Shown piece by piece: positions 18,831 through 28,917 of a stretch of DNA of 64,000 bases. Position numbers and translations under genes: made by a program. This DNA comes from an uncultured Bdellovibrionales bacterium. Lineage in GTDB: Bacteria; Bdellovibrionota_C; UBA2361; CAIXSY01. The stretch spans positions 9,007-73,006 of the forward strand of contig CAZEAC010000008.1 of assembly GCA_964510065.1 (NCBI GenBank). Reading direction: 5' to 3'. Under the pieces are notes generated by a model. That model made no database searches. It had not been told where the DNA came from and worked only from the letters and a program-made list of their open reading frames with translations. Each line of letters begins with the position of its first letter. Position 1 is the stretch's first letter.

Positions 18831-20384
18831 ATGACATCAAAAGAACTTCCGACAAAATACCTAACATGGACCTGTCTGGTGGCGGTTCTGATTTTGGCGC
18901 TTACTCTTCGATTTTGGAAACTGGGTCAGACTTTTTGCAGCTCTGACTCCGTACAGCTCGCCACTTTTATTACCTACATGAAAGGCTACGCTTGGATGCC
19001 GGGCCTCCCTTATGGAGTGATGAATGCGCTGATAGTAAAAATATACGTCACGCTGCAGCTCTTGGCGGGAACGACACTGGACGAATTTGTGTGGTATACA
19101 CCAATCGCACTTTTCGGAAGTCTGCAGTGCCTCATTACTTACTTTTTCCTAAGAAAAATTGAGCTTTCCAGTATCAGCGCATTGGTCGGGGCGTTAATTT
19201 CGGCGACAATTCCAATCCATATCGGGCTTTCGCGTTATATGTGGGGGAATGATGTTTTTGGCAATTTCTTTCTACATTTCGCACTGCTCGGACTGATTTC
19301 TTATTTTCGAAGCCCCTCCAAGAAAGGAGGAGTTCTCGCCGGACTGGCGATTTCAATGTACCTCACGTCGCACGTTCTGATAGTACCATTTTTCATGCTG
19401 TCTGCGATCTGCCTCCTCCTTTACACGAACCAAGAGAACCGCACTTCAAGGCTCGAAGCGCTGCGAGACACTCTGCATCGTTGTGTGACAAACCGACTAT
19501 GGCTCTTTCCCGTTCTAAGTATTCCGCTTTTTGTTCAAGCTCTCGCGCATACGTATTCAGAGCCAAAAGTTCCTTTCGTAAATATCCTAAGAAATCTTCA
19601 AGAGCTTCTTCGCGGAGAGGGTTTATTCTACGCACTTTTAATCATGCTGTCTGTGGCCTGGCCTTTTGTACAGCGACGCGCGCGAACTCGCGAACAGTGG
19701 CTTCTTTGGTGGACAGGTGTCGTCTATACAGTACCGCTCATTCTTACCGGCAATGCGGCACACTGCGTTTTCGAATATCTTTACATAGGATCATACTTTT
19801 TCCTGATGCACTTTCTTACGGTCATCGATCGGCTTGGTCGTCGCGCTCGTGTGACAGGAATCGCATTGACCTGTGCCGCGATTTTTCTAACGATGCCGGC
19901 CATTCTCGCTAATTTTTATCGATTTCCTGCATCCTTCAACTTCGCCTATGTCGATGTCCCGCGAGGACAAGAACGTCCTGATTGCGGTGTAAAAGCCGCC
20001 GCGTATATAGTGCGTAGTGAATCAACTCGAAAATATAATATCCAAGCTCTTCACCCCTACGTTGAACCACCAGTAATCGAGTATTACTTTTTACAGCAGG
20101 GGATCGGATACTGGGATATCGATGATGAACGAGCCGTAAAAGCCTATAAGAACAGCGCACACCTTTCAGATCTCTTGCTTCTCTCTCAATGGCAGCGAAA
20201 AGCGATTGACGCCGAGGGACTTTTTTGCCCCTGGATCGGCATTGAAGATATGGGCGCGGTTCAAATGTATCTTTATCGGAACTGTTCGGAAAAACCGATA
20301 TATCGTTCGGTCAATGCACGCGAATACAACATGCTTTTTGATCAAACATTTGCTTTGAAGGCGTGGCTCAACGCGTGGGATTAG
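18831..20384 (+). CDS. GT-C membrane glycosyltransferase (ArnT/PMT-like, GT39/83-type) with C-terminal periplasmic domain
   Basis: 517 aa. The N-terminal LTLRFWKLGQ and multiple TM segments are followed by a soluble C-terminal of about 150 aa. The start coordinate is taken from the ORF track. Confidence 0.5.
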   Translation: MTSKELPTKYLTWTCLVAVLILALTLRFWKLGQTFCSSDSVQLATFITYMKGYAWMPGLPYGVMNALIVKIYVTLQLLAGTTLDEFVWYTPIALFGSLQCLITYFFLRKIELSSISALVGALISATIPIHIGLSRYMWGNDVFGNFFLHFALLGLISYFRSPSKKGGVLAGLAISMYLTSHVLIVPFFMLSAICLLLYTNQENRTSRLEALRDTLHRCVTNRLWLFPVLSIPLFVQALAHTYSEPKVPFVNILRNLQELLRGEGLFYALLIMLSVAWPFVQRRARTREQWLLWWTGVVYTVPLILTGNAAHCVFEYLYIGSYFFLMHFLTVIDRLGRRARVTGIALTCAAIFLTMPAILANFYRFPASFNFAYVDVPRGQERPDCGVKAAAYIVRSESTRKYNIQALHPYVEPPVIEYYFLQQGIGYWDIDDERAVKAYKNSAHLSDLLLLSQWQRKAIDAEGLFCPWIGIEDMGAVQMYLYRNCSEKPIYRSVNAREYNMLFDQTFALKAWLNAWD

Positions 20385-20467
20385 GTAGCCCACCTCGTAT
20401 CCGCGGTGTATAGTGAATGAAGATTTCATTGCTTGTTCACGCATAAGCGTTCTCGGTAGGATTGTAC

Positions 20468-22384
20468 ATGTGCGGAATTGTGGGCGTATGCGCGGCGAAC
20501 CTTTTTTCAATCGGCGCGCACGCGCGCGCTCGCGCAATGTCGGCGCTCAGCCATCGAGGTCCCGACGCCCAGGGGTTATATGCTTACGATGGTAAAGTCT
20601 CGACTTCATCTGATGATGCGGGTCTTAACCCCTGTAAAGTTTTCTTGGGGCACAAACGGCTTTCGATACTCGATCTCTCACCGCGCTCGCATCAACCGAT
20701 GCGCAGCGCGGATAATCTGGCGGTGCTCGCATTCAACGGCGAGATCTACAATTTCAAAGAGCTGCGTGGCGAGCTTCAAACGCTTGGAGTAGCTTTTCAA
20801 ACGACAGGAGATAGCGAAGTCATTGTCGAAGGATATCGTCGATGGGGAACCGGGTTATTTTCAAAACTCGTCGGAATGTTTGCTCTGGCACTCCTCGACC
20901 TTCAAAGGCAATCGCTCTTTCTTGTAAGAGATCATTTTGGAATCAAGCCGCTCTATTATCGACTCGGCAATCACAAGCTCTATTTTGCATCAGAAATTGC
21001 GCCGCTTCTTGCGATTGCGGAACATACTCCGGCCATAAATCAGGCCATGACGTATTCTTATTTAGTATCGGGCATCACTGATAATTCGGCGGAGACATTT
21101 TACGATCAAATTCATCAGCTGTCAGCGGCACACTACGTGGAGCATTCTCTTGTCGCCACTCACCTCTCCAATATCACTCCAATTCGCTACTGGTACCCGC
21201 CGCAATCGATTAATAGTGATATTACGTATGAGGAGGCGAGCGCACAGATACGCGAACTATTTCTTCGTAGCGTCGCGTTGCATCTTCGAAGTGACGTCTC
21301 GGTTGGGGTACTCTTGTCGGGAGGAATCGATTCTTCGGCAATTGCATGCAGCATCAAGCATCTTGTTCCAGAAGCGCCGATCGAGACGTTCAGTTTTATT
21401 TCCGATAATCAATCGATCAATGAAGAGCGCTGGATTGATATTGTAAGTGTCGCCACCGGCTACCGATCGCATAAAGTCTCATTCAATTTTCGGGCAAATA
21501 GCGACGATTTGAACGCCTTTATTCGCGCGCAAGGAGAACCAATTCCCACCTCGACGGTACTCGCACAGTATGCGGTTTTTCAAGCGGTTTCTAAAGCAGG
21601 TTATAAGGTCGTGCTTGACGGGCAAGGGGCGGATGAATTGTTCGCCGGCTATATTCCATTTATTCTTAATCAGCTTATTACCCTATTGCACGACGGCAAC
21701 TTCGGGCGCGGATTCAGTTTGCTCTATTCGCTGCTCGCGGGAAAAACGGCGCTTTCAAATCCATTCGTCAAAATTATCGAGAAGTGCACTAGAGTAATTT
21801 CAAGGAGAATCCACGGACATTCATCAATCAGTTCGATTTTCGATAAGAAACAGCTCTCTTTGCTTGGATGCACGGCGCCCGCATTCGCCTCACCGGCGCT
21901 TCCCCTGCGTCAGGCTCTCAACGCGGCGTTCTACTCGACACGTCTACCCATGCTCCTAAAATGGGAAGATCGTAGCTCAATGGCCCATTCAGTCGAAAGT
22001 CGTGTGCCATTTCTGTTACCTGAGCTGGTCGCCTTTGTACAAACGCTTCCGACAGACTACTTTGTTGACGATCGTGGCACCACAAAGTCGGTGTTCCGAG
22101 ACGCCATGAGAGGCATTTTGCCCGATCAAACTCGCGCCAGACGAGACAAGCTCGGATTTGCCACGCCCGAGGCTCAATGGCTTCGCGCGAATCGGGCTGC
22201 GGTATGCGCAACGCTCAGAAGATTCGATCCACTGCATGCTCCTTTGCTCGAGCCAACACGCCTTGCCTCGTTTATCAGCGAATTTGAACGCGGTGCCACA
22301 CCGTCCAATGAAAGTGTATGGAGACTGTTTTGTTTGGCGGCTTGGGTTGAACAGTGCGTTCTCAGAAAATCGTTGGCTGCTTAG
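20468..22384 (+). CDS. asparagine synthase-like glutamine amidotransferase (AsnB family)
   Basis: MCGIVGV provides the N-terminal nucleophile Cys of a class II GATase. SGGIDSS is the PP-loop. The start is set at the ATG that gives Met-Cys; the track TTG at 20462 was rejected. Confidence 0.85.
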   Translation: MCGIVGVCAANLFSIGAHARARAMSALSHRGPDAQGLYAYDGKVSTSSDDAGLNPCKVFLGHKRLSILDLSPRSHQPMRSADNLAVLAFNGEIYNFKELRGELQTLGVAFQTTGDSEVIVEGYRRWGTGLFSKLVGMFALALLDLQRQSLFLVRDHFGIKPLYYRLGNHKLYFASEIAPLLAIAEHTPAINQAMTYSYLVSGITDNSAETFYDQIHQLSAAHYVEHSLVATHLSNITPIRYWYPPQSINSDITYEEASAQIRELFLRSVALHLRSDVSVGVLLSGGIDSSAIACSIKHLVPEAPIETFSFISDNQSINEERWIDIVSVATGYRSHKVSFNFRANSDDLNAFIRAQGEPIPTSTVLAQYAVFQAVSKAGYKVVLDGQGADELFAGYIPFILNQLITLLHDGNFGRGFSLLYSLLAGKTALSNPFVKIIEKCTRVISRRIHGHSSISSIFDKKQLSLLGCTAPAFASPALPLRQALNAAFYSTRLPMLLKWEDRSSMAHSVESRVPFLLPELVAFVQTLPTDYFVDDRGTTKSVFRDAMRGILPDQTRARRDKLGFATPEAQWLRANRAAVCATLRRFDPLHAPLLEPTRLASFISEFERGATPSNESVWRLFCLAAWVEQCVLRKSLAA

Positions 22385-23547
22385 GCGAGCGAACGATTAT
22401 ACAGCTCATCGATTTTCTCCAAGAATGGTTCGCGGGCGAAGCGTTTCACAATATGGCTTCGAATAGTGTGCGGGTCAAAGTGTAGATCCTCGCGCATAAA
22501 TCGCTTCATTGCGTCGACACACGCGGCGTTATCATTAGGCTCAATCATGATTCCGCAACTCGAATCGACGATGAATTCCGGCCCGCCGCAACGGGTGGTA
22601 ATTACCGGAAGTCCCGTGCTCATGGCCTCTGCGAGGCTTACACCGAACGTCTCAAAGTCACTCAAAGAAATATATACCGAAGCACGATGAAGCTCTTCGC
22701 GTACTTTGCTTCGCGAGCATTGTCCCAAGAGCTCACACCACGAGCCGATATTAAGACGATCTATCTCTTTTACAAGGTGCCCATACTCCGGGCCATCACC
22801 GCCTATTCTCAATTGAAAGTTACGAAACCCCTGCTCTACAAGAGTGGCCGCCGCCTGAAGCATTTGCGGAATATTTTTCTCCTTACTAAGACGTGACATG
22901 CTGAGAAACACTCGTCGTTCAGACGAGGATGAATTCTCTTCAAGTGAAAAAAATTGAGTATCAATAACGTTCCCAAGCACTTCACAGCGCAAGCTGGGAA
23001 TCTGTGATTCAATCTCCTGCTTCAGACTTGGACTTACCGCAATCACACATCGCGCCGAGGTAAGTGCTTGTCGAAATCGTTCAATGCCGGTACTATTCTC
23101 GAAATGTAACAACCGCGGCAACATATGTTCCGTGACGACCACAGGCAGTTTTAGCTTCTCCACGGCCAAAGAGACGGCATACGCAGTAGGGAGAGCGACA
23201 TGAGCATGTATCAATTCCGGCATTCCCCATTTCGCGATAATCTGTTCGATTCCGAGCTGACATCGGGCGACATAATGATTCCACCATGCGCCTATTGGAA
23301 AATGTCTCAGAGGATCAAGCGCTCCGCCCTCAAATACTGGAAAAGGATACACCGATCGATCAGCAGCGCGCTCCGTGGGCCACGTCCTCTTCCAATACCA
23401 ACGCCAATTTCTACCAGGAACAAGTACCGCGACCTCGTGTCGCGTATGCAATGCCTCTGCCTGGTCGGCGATAAAATTTCCCAACGACGATTCAACGCTA
23501 TCCGGCCACCATGGTGAAACAATCAGCAGTTTCCGTTTCTTTGCCAT
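22381..23547 (-). CDS. GT4-family glycosyltransferase
   Basis: EAMSTGLPVITTRCGGPEFIVD is a GT4 motif. The protein is 388 aa. It is convergent with the AsnB gene, overlapping it by 4 bp. Confidence 0.7.
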   Translation of the reverse strand: MAKKRKLLIVSPWWPDSVESSLGNFIADQAEALHTRHEVAVLVPGRNWRWYWKRTWPTERAADRSVYPFPVFEGGALDPLRHFPIGAWWNHYVARCQLGIEQIIAKWGMPELIHAHVALPTAYAVSLAVEKLKLPVVVTEHMLPRLLHFENSTGIERFRQALTSARCVIAVSPSLKQEIESQIPSLRCEVLGNVIDTQFFSLEENSSSSERRVFLSMSRLSKEKNIPQMLQAAATLVEQGFRNFQLRIGGDGPEYGHLVKEIDRLNIGSWCELLGQCSRSKVREELHRASVYISLSDFETFGVSLAEAMSTGLPVITTRCGGPEFIVDSSCGIMIEPNDNAACVDAMKRFMREDLHFDPHTIRSHIVKRFAREPFLEKIDELYNRSLA

Positions 23548-23556
23548 AGCGAAAAT

Positions 23557-24531
23557 CTAAATCGTTACTGACTTCGGATGAACAACCGAGCGAAGCATCA
23601 TCTTCAATTTCTTAGTGACCTGACCAATCACGAAGCGAACGCTTTTTCCAAGATAGCGCAAGACCATCAAAAGAACATCGCTTCGTCGATAACGAATTCC
23701 TTCGCCGAGCGCTCGGACGAATGCCTGAACGCTGAGGAGATAGTGACTCTTCATGAGTAGTCCCAGCGCAGATTTGCAGTATACCAGCGCCAATTCCTGC
23801 TGCCGACTTTCAAAACACGGATGTTGATGAAGGACCGCAATCAGCTCTCCACAAAAAGCCGCGGACTCACTTTTGCAAAGCCTTCGAACTTTCACGCTAT
23901 CCTGCTCCGGATGCTGCCGTCCTCGCACAAGTACTTCACGCATATGATAGAAAGGATAGTGATAGCTGAAACGCAACCACATGTCATAGTCTTGAACCGT
24001 ACGAAGTCGCGGATTGAATAAACCGACTGTATCGAATGCTACTTTCGGCACAAGCACGGTACAGCCGTGAATTGGAGTCGCGGCGAGCAGTGCCGGGGCA
24101 ATCATTTCAGGTTCCGGTGCGTCAACGTGCACCGTGGCAATGATATTCGACAACGCATTTATAAGGTCAAAATCACTATACAGCACGGTCTTCTTGCCAA
24201 CCGTTTCGAGGAATTCAATCTGCTTCTCGATCTTATGGGGATAGTAGACATCATCATGACTAAGCCAAGAAATGTACTCGCCATTTGACGCCTGAATGCC
24301 GTAATTGAGCGCCGTCGCGACACCGCCATTTTCCTTTAGGCGATACACTATACTATTGCCATAGGACTGCGCGATCTTTTCGGTCGCGCCATCGTCACTG
24401 GATCCATCATTAACAACAATTATTTCGCAGTGTTTGTACGTCTGCTCCAACGCGCTATTGATGGCCTCGCGCATGTAGTTTGCCCCGTTGTAAACGGGGA
24501 TGATAATGGAGACAAGAGGCTTATCATTCAT
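23557..24531 (-). CDS. GT2-family glycosyltransferase (soluble, GT-A)
   Basis: LVSIIIPVYNGANYMREAINSALEQTY...IIVVNDGSSD matches the GT2 N-terminal blocks. The start is at the internal Met, which leaves a 7-bp gap to the upstream gene; the maximal ORF extends to 24573. Confidence 0.75.
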   Translation of the reverse strand: MNDKPLVSIIIPVYNGANYMREAINSALEQTYKHCEIIVVNDGSSDDGATEKIAQSYGNSIVYRLKENGGVATALNYGIQASNGEYISWLSHDDVYYPHKIEKQIEFLETVGKKTVLYSDFDLINALSNIIATVHVDAPEPEMIAPALLAATPIHGCTVLVPKVAFDTVGLFNPRLRTVQDYDMWLRFSYHYPFYHMREVLVRGRQHPEQDSVKVRRLCKSESAAFCGELIAVLHQHPCFESRQQELALVYCKSALGLLMKSHYLLSVQAFVRALGEGIRYRRSDVLLMVLRYLGKSVRFVIGQVTKKLKMMLRSVVHPKSVTI

Positions 24532-24538
24532 CGATTGT

Positions 24539-25606
24539 CTAATAGGCGTGTAAAATCTTACACACCGTATCACTTACATTTTCACGCAAATATTCCTCGG
24601 GTACGACCCAATTACCGGAGCGGGCAAGTGCCACCGTAAGGCAGGAATAAATGGAGTCGGGGTCAGAGCCGCTTATAATATTACTTCCGCACTCGACGGT
24701 TTCCGGTCGTTCTGTAACATCACGTAAGGTTACCGTCGGCACAAAGAAGATACAGCATTCCTCCTGGACCGTTCCACTATCGCTCAGAACACAATGTGCA
24801 TTCTTTTGTAGTTTGACAAAATCAAATAGCCCTAACGGCTCGAGTAGTTTAATGTTCTTGGAAACTCGCATCGACTTATTAAGCTTTGATCTCGTTCTCG
24901 GATGAACTGACCAGATGATCGGCAGCTTATATTTCTTTACAAGCAACTCAAAAGCCTTTAGGAAACTCCTTAAGCGCCTAGGCTCGTCGACGTTCTCCGC
25001 GCGGTGTAACGTAATTAGGAAGTAAGAGCCTTTTTTAAGTTTAAGGCGCTTGAGCACGTCACTTTGTTCGATAGGCTCCGCGAAGGTATCGAGCACTTCC
25101 TTGATTGGATTTCCCGTCACATAAATTCGTTGCCCCTCGATTCCCTCCTTGATCAGATTTTGCCGACTTCTCTCGGTATACGGCATAAGTATGGTACTGC
25201 TGTGATCGATAATGCGCCGATTGGTTTCCTCAGGCACACGATCATCATAGCAGCGATTACCCGCTTCCATATGATACACCGGAATTCCCATGCGTTTCGC
25301 GACGACGGCAGCCAGTCCGCTGTTGGTGTCGCCCAGAATAAGGACTCGATCAGGACGTTCTTTCTTAAGCAGCACTTCAGTGTCAACCAAAATTTTGCCG
25401 AACTGCTGCGCGAAAGTCCCTAACGCACCAAAGTGGTAATCCGGTTTCCTTACTCCCAATTGCGAGAAAAATATTTCGTCCAAATTCTTATCGAAATTTT
25501 GACCGGTGTGCACCAGCCGATGTTCGGCAAACTTGTCGAGTTTCTCAATAATTAAAGAAAGCCTGATTATTTCAGGCCGAGTCCCCAGAATGGTTACAAT
25601 TTTCAT
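24539..25606 (-). CDS. UDP-N-acetylglucosamine 2-epimerase (non-hydrolysing), WecB/FnlC/WbvD-like
   Basis: KIVTILGTRPEIIRLSLII...HTGQNFD...LGDTNS...HMEAGNRCYD... shows strong conservation with the UDP-GlcNAc 2-epimerase family. Confidence 0.85.
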   Translation of the reverse strand: MKIVTILGTRPEIIRLSLIIEKLDKFAEHRLVHTGQNFDKNLDEIFFSQLGVRKPDYHFGALGTFAQQFGKILVDTEVLLKKERPDRVLILGDTNSGLAAVVAKRMGIPVYHMEAGNRCYDDRVPEETNRRIIDHSSTILMPYTERSRQNLIKEGIEGQRIYVTGNPIKEVLDTFAEPIEQSDVLKRLKLKKGSYFLITLHRAENVDEPRRLRSFLKAFELLVKKYKLPIIWSVHPRTRSKLNKSMRVSKNIKLLEPLGLFDFVKLQKNAHCVLSDSGTVQEECCIFFVPTVTLRDVTERPETVECGSNIISGSDPDSIYSCLTVALARSGNWVVPEEYLRENVSDTVCKILHAY

Positions 25607-26529
25607 ATCGTTCCTAAATTGACTAGGGCAACTTCTCTAATCATCTCCTCAAGAGTCGGAGAGCTCTGATACCCGGCGACACGCCAAAGCTCCCTGTTAT
25701 AACTCTCATTCTCTGTCGCAAGCGTTCGATCGACTTTGTCATGTTTCGCAGATTTTGCAATGCGTAAGTCACCTCGGCGATAAGCGCGCGCAAACAGCTC
25801 GAGGAGCTCGGCTTTTGACATACTATCGCCAGGTACTATGTGCTGAACTCCAGGTTTAAATTTATCACGAAGTATTATTGATTCGACAAGTTTGGCCCAG
25901 TGCAGCGAAGTAACTCCATTCCATAAATGTTGCGTAAAGCCTGGCACCGTACTTCCCTCGGAATGCCCTAAAAACCATTCAAGCAACGAACGTTTCGTAC
26001 GCATTTCAGGGCCAATAATTGAACAGCGCAAGATTTGAACGTGTGCCGAGTGCGCTTCACCAAGACTTTTTGATTTGCCGTATATGTCAGTAGCATCCTG
26101 CTCATCTGATTCTAAGTAGCGCCCACGAGCGCCAGAAAAGAGGCAGTCAGTCGAAGGATGAATCGCACGAATACCGCGAGCTTCCGCAACTTCCGCGATG
26201 CAATGAGGAAGGAGGCTATTTATAAGAATCGTGCGTTCGATACTGCGAAAATCCTTCTTGTCGATGTAAAACTTCACCATGCCAATTGCATTGACTATCC
26301 ACTCGGCACCTTTGACAATTCTATGAAGCTCGTCAGCACGGTGAATTGCGGCGTCAAAATGCTCAAACGCCACCGCAGGAAAAAATTTTTTCAGTGCCTG
26401 CTCATCACCTTGCCTATAATAGGTGGCAGTTAACGCAACGTTGCTGTTTTTACTAAAGTAATGCAGCAACATTCCGGCCAACATTCCCGTGGAACCAAGA
26501 ATTGCAATATGTACCTTCTTTTGTGGCAT
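25603..26529 (-). CDS. NAD(P)-dependent sugar-nucleotide reductase, RmlD-like (WbvR/FnlB-type C4 reductase candidate)
   Basis: 308 aa with the N-terminal Rossmann motif ILGSTGMLAG. It lies between the 4,6-dehydratase and the 2-epimerase, overlapping its downstream neighbour by 4 bp. Confidence 0.55.
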   Translation of the reverse strand: MPQKKVHIAILGSTGMLAGMLLHYFSKNSNVALTATYYRQGDEQALKKFFPAVAFEHFDAAIHRADELHRIVKGAEWIVNAIGMVKFYIDKKDFRSIERTILINSLLPHCIAEVAEARGIRAIHPSTDCLFSGARGRYLESDEQDATDIYGKSKSLGEAHSAHVQILRCSIIGPEMRTKRSLLEWFLGHSEGSTVPGFTQHLWNGVTSLHWAKLVESIILRDKFKPGVQHIVPGDSMSKAELLELFARAYRRGDLRIAKSAKHDKVDRTLATENESYNRELWRVAGYQSSPTLEEMIREVALVNLGTI

Positions 26530-26554
26530 GAGAGCTTATGTCAGCGTTTCGGAG

Positions 26555-27655
26555 TTACTTTTCATGGGCGGTAGCGCCACTCTTAATCCATCCTTCACGC
26601 TGGAATACCGTAAGCGAGCTATCCAAGGACATCGCCGCGTCACTTTCGAGGAAGTTCTTCGTAAGCCAATTCTCATTATCGAGCATTACTTTAATTTCCT
26701 GCTGGTTCAGCAGACGCGCATTGGCTGAGGTAAATTCTGAAAAAGGGACCGGCTCCAACTTTTTCGCCGCGTAATGCTTCTCTATCGCCTCTATTCTTAT
26801 GGACGGAAGGACAACAAAGAACTTGCCATGGACAAAACATCGCTCCTGTTCATCATTGGTAATAAGCACCTCATGAACCTTCTCACCGGGCCGTTTTCCG
26901 ATGAGGATCTCTCGCGTATCTTTATTGCCAAGCTCGCGACGCATTACTGCCGCAAGTTCTTTAATTTTGAAGGCCGACATATTAATGACGAATATCTCGC
27001 CTCCCACGGCCAGCATCGAAGCTTCAGTTATCTGCGCAATGACCTCATTAAGGTTCATAAAAAAACGGGTCATACCCTCGTCAGTGATGGTCAGGGAATT
27101 TTCACCCAATATCTGTCTACGGAAAAGCGGCACGACACTTCCCGTCGTGCCCAATACGTTGCCCGCTCGAATGCAGAAGAACGCAGTGTCGCTTGAAAGC
27201 GCATTCGCTGAAACAATTAGCTTCTCGCCGACTGACTTTGTCGTACCATAGAGATTAAGCGGGCTCGCCGCTTTGTCACTTGAGATATCAATGACCTTCT
27301 TAACGCCGTGTGCCAGCGCTGCGTCAATCACATTTTGAGTGCCCGTGATATTTGTACGGACAGCCTCATATGGATTTTCCTCGCATACAGGAACGTGCTT
27401 AAGCGCGGCCAGATGAAAAATCACATCAACATTCTTTGCCGCATTGTGGACGCGCTCGTAGTCACGGACATCGCCAATTATGAATCGAAGTCTCGGTTCA
27501 TTGTTAAATCGACGACGCATTTTTACCTGCGCAAACTCACCTCGAGAAAATATCCGCACTTCGCGCGGAGTGTATTTTGTCAGCAGATAGCGAGAGAGCT
27601 CGGTGCCCCAAGACCCCGTACCGCCAGTTATTAGAATTGTTTGACCGTCAAACAT
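26555..27655 (-). CDS. UDP-GlcNAc 4,6-dehydratase (inverting/5-epimerising; PseB/CapE/FnlA/WbvB family)
   Basis: ILITGGTGSWG, FIIGDVRD and ...SSDKAASPLNLYGTTK are the characteristic short-chain dehydratase blocks of this family. Confidence 0.8.
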   Translation of the reverse strand: MFDGQTILITGGTGSWGTELSRYLLTKYTPREVRIFSRGEFAQVKMRRRFNNEPRLRFIIGDVRDYERVHNAAKNVDVIFHLAALKHVPVCEENPYEAVRTNITGTQNVIDAALAHGVKKVIDISSDKAASPLNLYGTTKSVGEKLIVSANALSSDTAFFCIRAGNVLGTTGSVVPLFRRQILGENSLTITDEGMTRFFMNLNEVIAQITEASMLAVGGEIFVINMSAFKIKELAAVMRRELGNKDTREILIGKRPGEKVHEVLITNDEQERCFVHGKFFVVLPSIRIEAIEKHYAAKKLEPVPFSEFTSANARLLNQQEIKVMLDNENWLTKNFLESDAAMSLDSSLTVFQREGWIKSGATAHEK

Positions 27656-27794
27656 AGCCTTTTATAGTCGTAATCCCCTTTCGAATTCAATCAGCAACTA
27701 CACTATCCAAAGTAATCTAATCGCGATACTACAATGTTTAAAAGTAAGGATTGCGAGTGTTTACAACATCTCCAGCTCGACTATATACTTTGCG

Positions 27795-28865
27795 GTGCCT
27801 TTCACTGAAACATATAAAATACTCGGTACTGGCCTACTATTTCGCGGGGACACTTGTTTCTTGATAGTTAAAAATTTGCGCACAAAAGTATCTCGCTGGA
27901 TTGCACGTGCCCTTACAAATCCAATCACCGCACCGTTCTTGCTTTGGCCAAGTGCCTTCATCATGCGCCAGATAGCCATCTCCGGCAAAGGCAGCAATCT
28001 CTGTTTACGCTTGGGATTTTTACCTGTTCCAGTTCATTTTTACAGCCCGATTCCCGATCTCGAAGACCTCAACACGCGCCAAGTTTGGTCAAAAAAAAGT
28101 AGCTTGAGTGGAATTCAGTTTAACGCAAATCAACAGCTCGAATTCCTTAGGGAGCTTGGCACAAGATTCGGCAATGAGTGCAATTGGCCTGATACGGAGC
28201 AGTCCGGCCATCCCGAGCTATTTTTTACGCAGAATCAATCCTTTAGCTTTGGTTGCGCGGCGTCCACCTATTGTATGATTCGCCACGCGAAACCAAGGCG
28301 GGTCATTGAAATCGGTTCAGGCATGTCGACCCGCGTGATTGCCCAAGCTCTTGCGGCCAATGCACTAGAGAGCAAATCGGAATCTCCGCGCCAATATGCG
28401 ATCGATCCATATCCGAGCAGAGCCGTACAAAAAATTCTCGACCCGGAGCACCTGATGATCCAAACAGTTGAACGTATCGATTTGGATTTCTTCAGCCATC
28501 TTGAAAAAAATGATATTCTTTTTATTGATTCAAGTCATTCGGTAAGAATTGGAAGCGATGTCAACTTTCTTCTGTTGGATGTCATTCCATGCCTTAAAGA
28601 CGGTGTCATTGTACACTTTCACGATATCTCACTTCCTTATGATTACGCGAAGGTGTACGCGACTTCCGAAACATTTCGACAATTCTGGACTGAACAGTAT
28701 CTTCTTCAGGCATTTCTCTGTCATAACAAGGATTTCGAAGTGCTCCTCGCGATGAATTGGATTATGGAGGAACATAAAGACAATTTTACCCAAAGCTTCT
28801 TGCATTACGACGCCTCTCGACATCCTCATAATAGCGGGAGCTTTTGGATTAGGCGCGTTCGATAG
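27795..28865 (+). CDS. class I SAM-dependent methyltransferase (sugar O-methyltransferase candidate)
   Basis: VIEIGSGMSTR is the SAM-binding motif I and ILFIDSSH is an acidic post-I block. The motif HFYSPIPD lies upstream. The start is uncertain and the N-terminal ~60 aa may not be translated. Confidence 0.55.
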   Translation: MPFTETYKILGTGLLFRGDTCFLIVKNLRTKVSRWIARALTNPITAPFLLWPSAFIMRQIAISGKGSNLCLRLGFLPVPVHFYSPIPDLEDLNTRQVWSKKSSLSGIQFNANQQLEFLRELGTRFGNECNWPDTEQSGHPELFFTQNQSFSFGCAASTYCMIRHAKPRRVIEIGSGMSTRVIAQALAANALESKSESPRQYAIDPYPSRAVQKILDPEHLMIQTVERIDLDFFSHLEKNDILFIDSSHSVRIGSDVNFLLLDVIPCLKDGVIVHFHDISLPYDYAKVYATSETFRQFWTEQYLLQAFLCHNKDFEVLLAMNWIMEEHKDNFTQSFLHYDASRHPHNSGSFWIRRVR

Positions 28866-28917
28866 CCAACATCCATTGCTGCTGAAGAGGCAAGCTTGAC
28901 AGCCGGCAGTAGAGAAG

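Noticed and set aside
18831-18834. Apparent 1-nt discrepancy between my manual indexing of the ATG (18832) and the ORF-track start (18831)
   Set aside because: This is probably a counting slip on my side. The ORF-track coordinates were used, and it has no biological significance.
20462-20467. TTG start for AsnB giving MYMCGI
   Set aside because: Class II glutamine amidotransferases require Cys immediately after the initiator Met, so ATG 20468 (MCGIVG) is the functional start.
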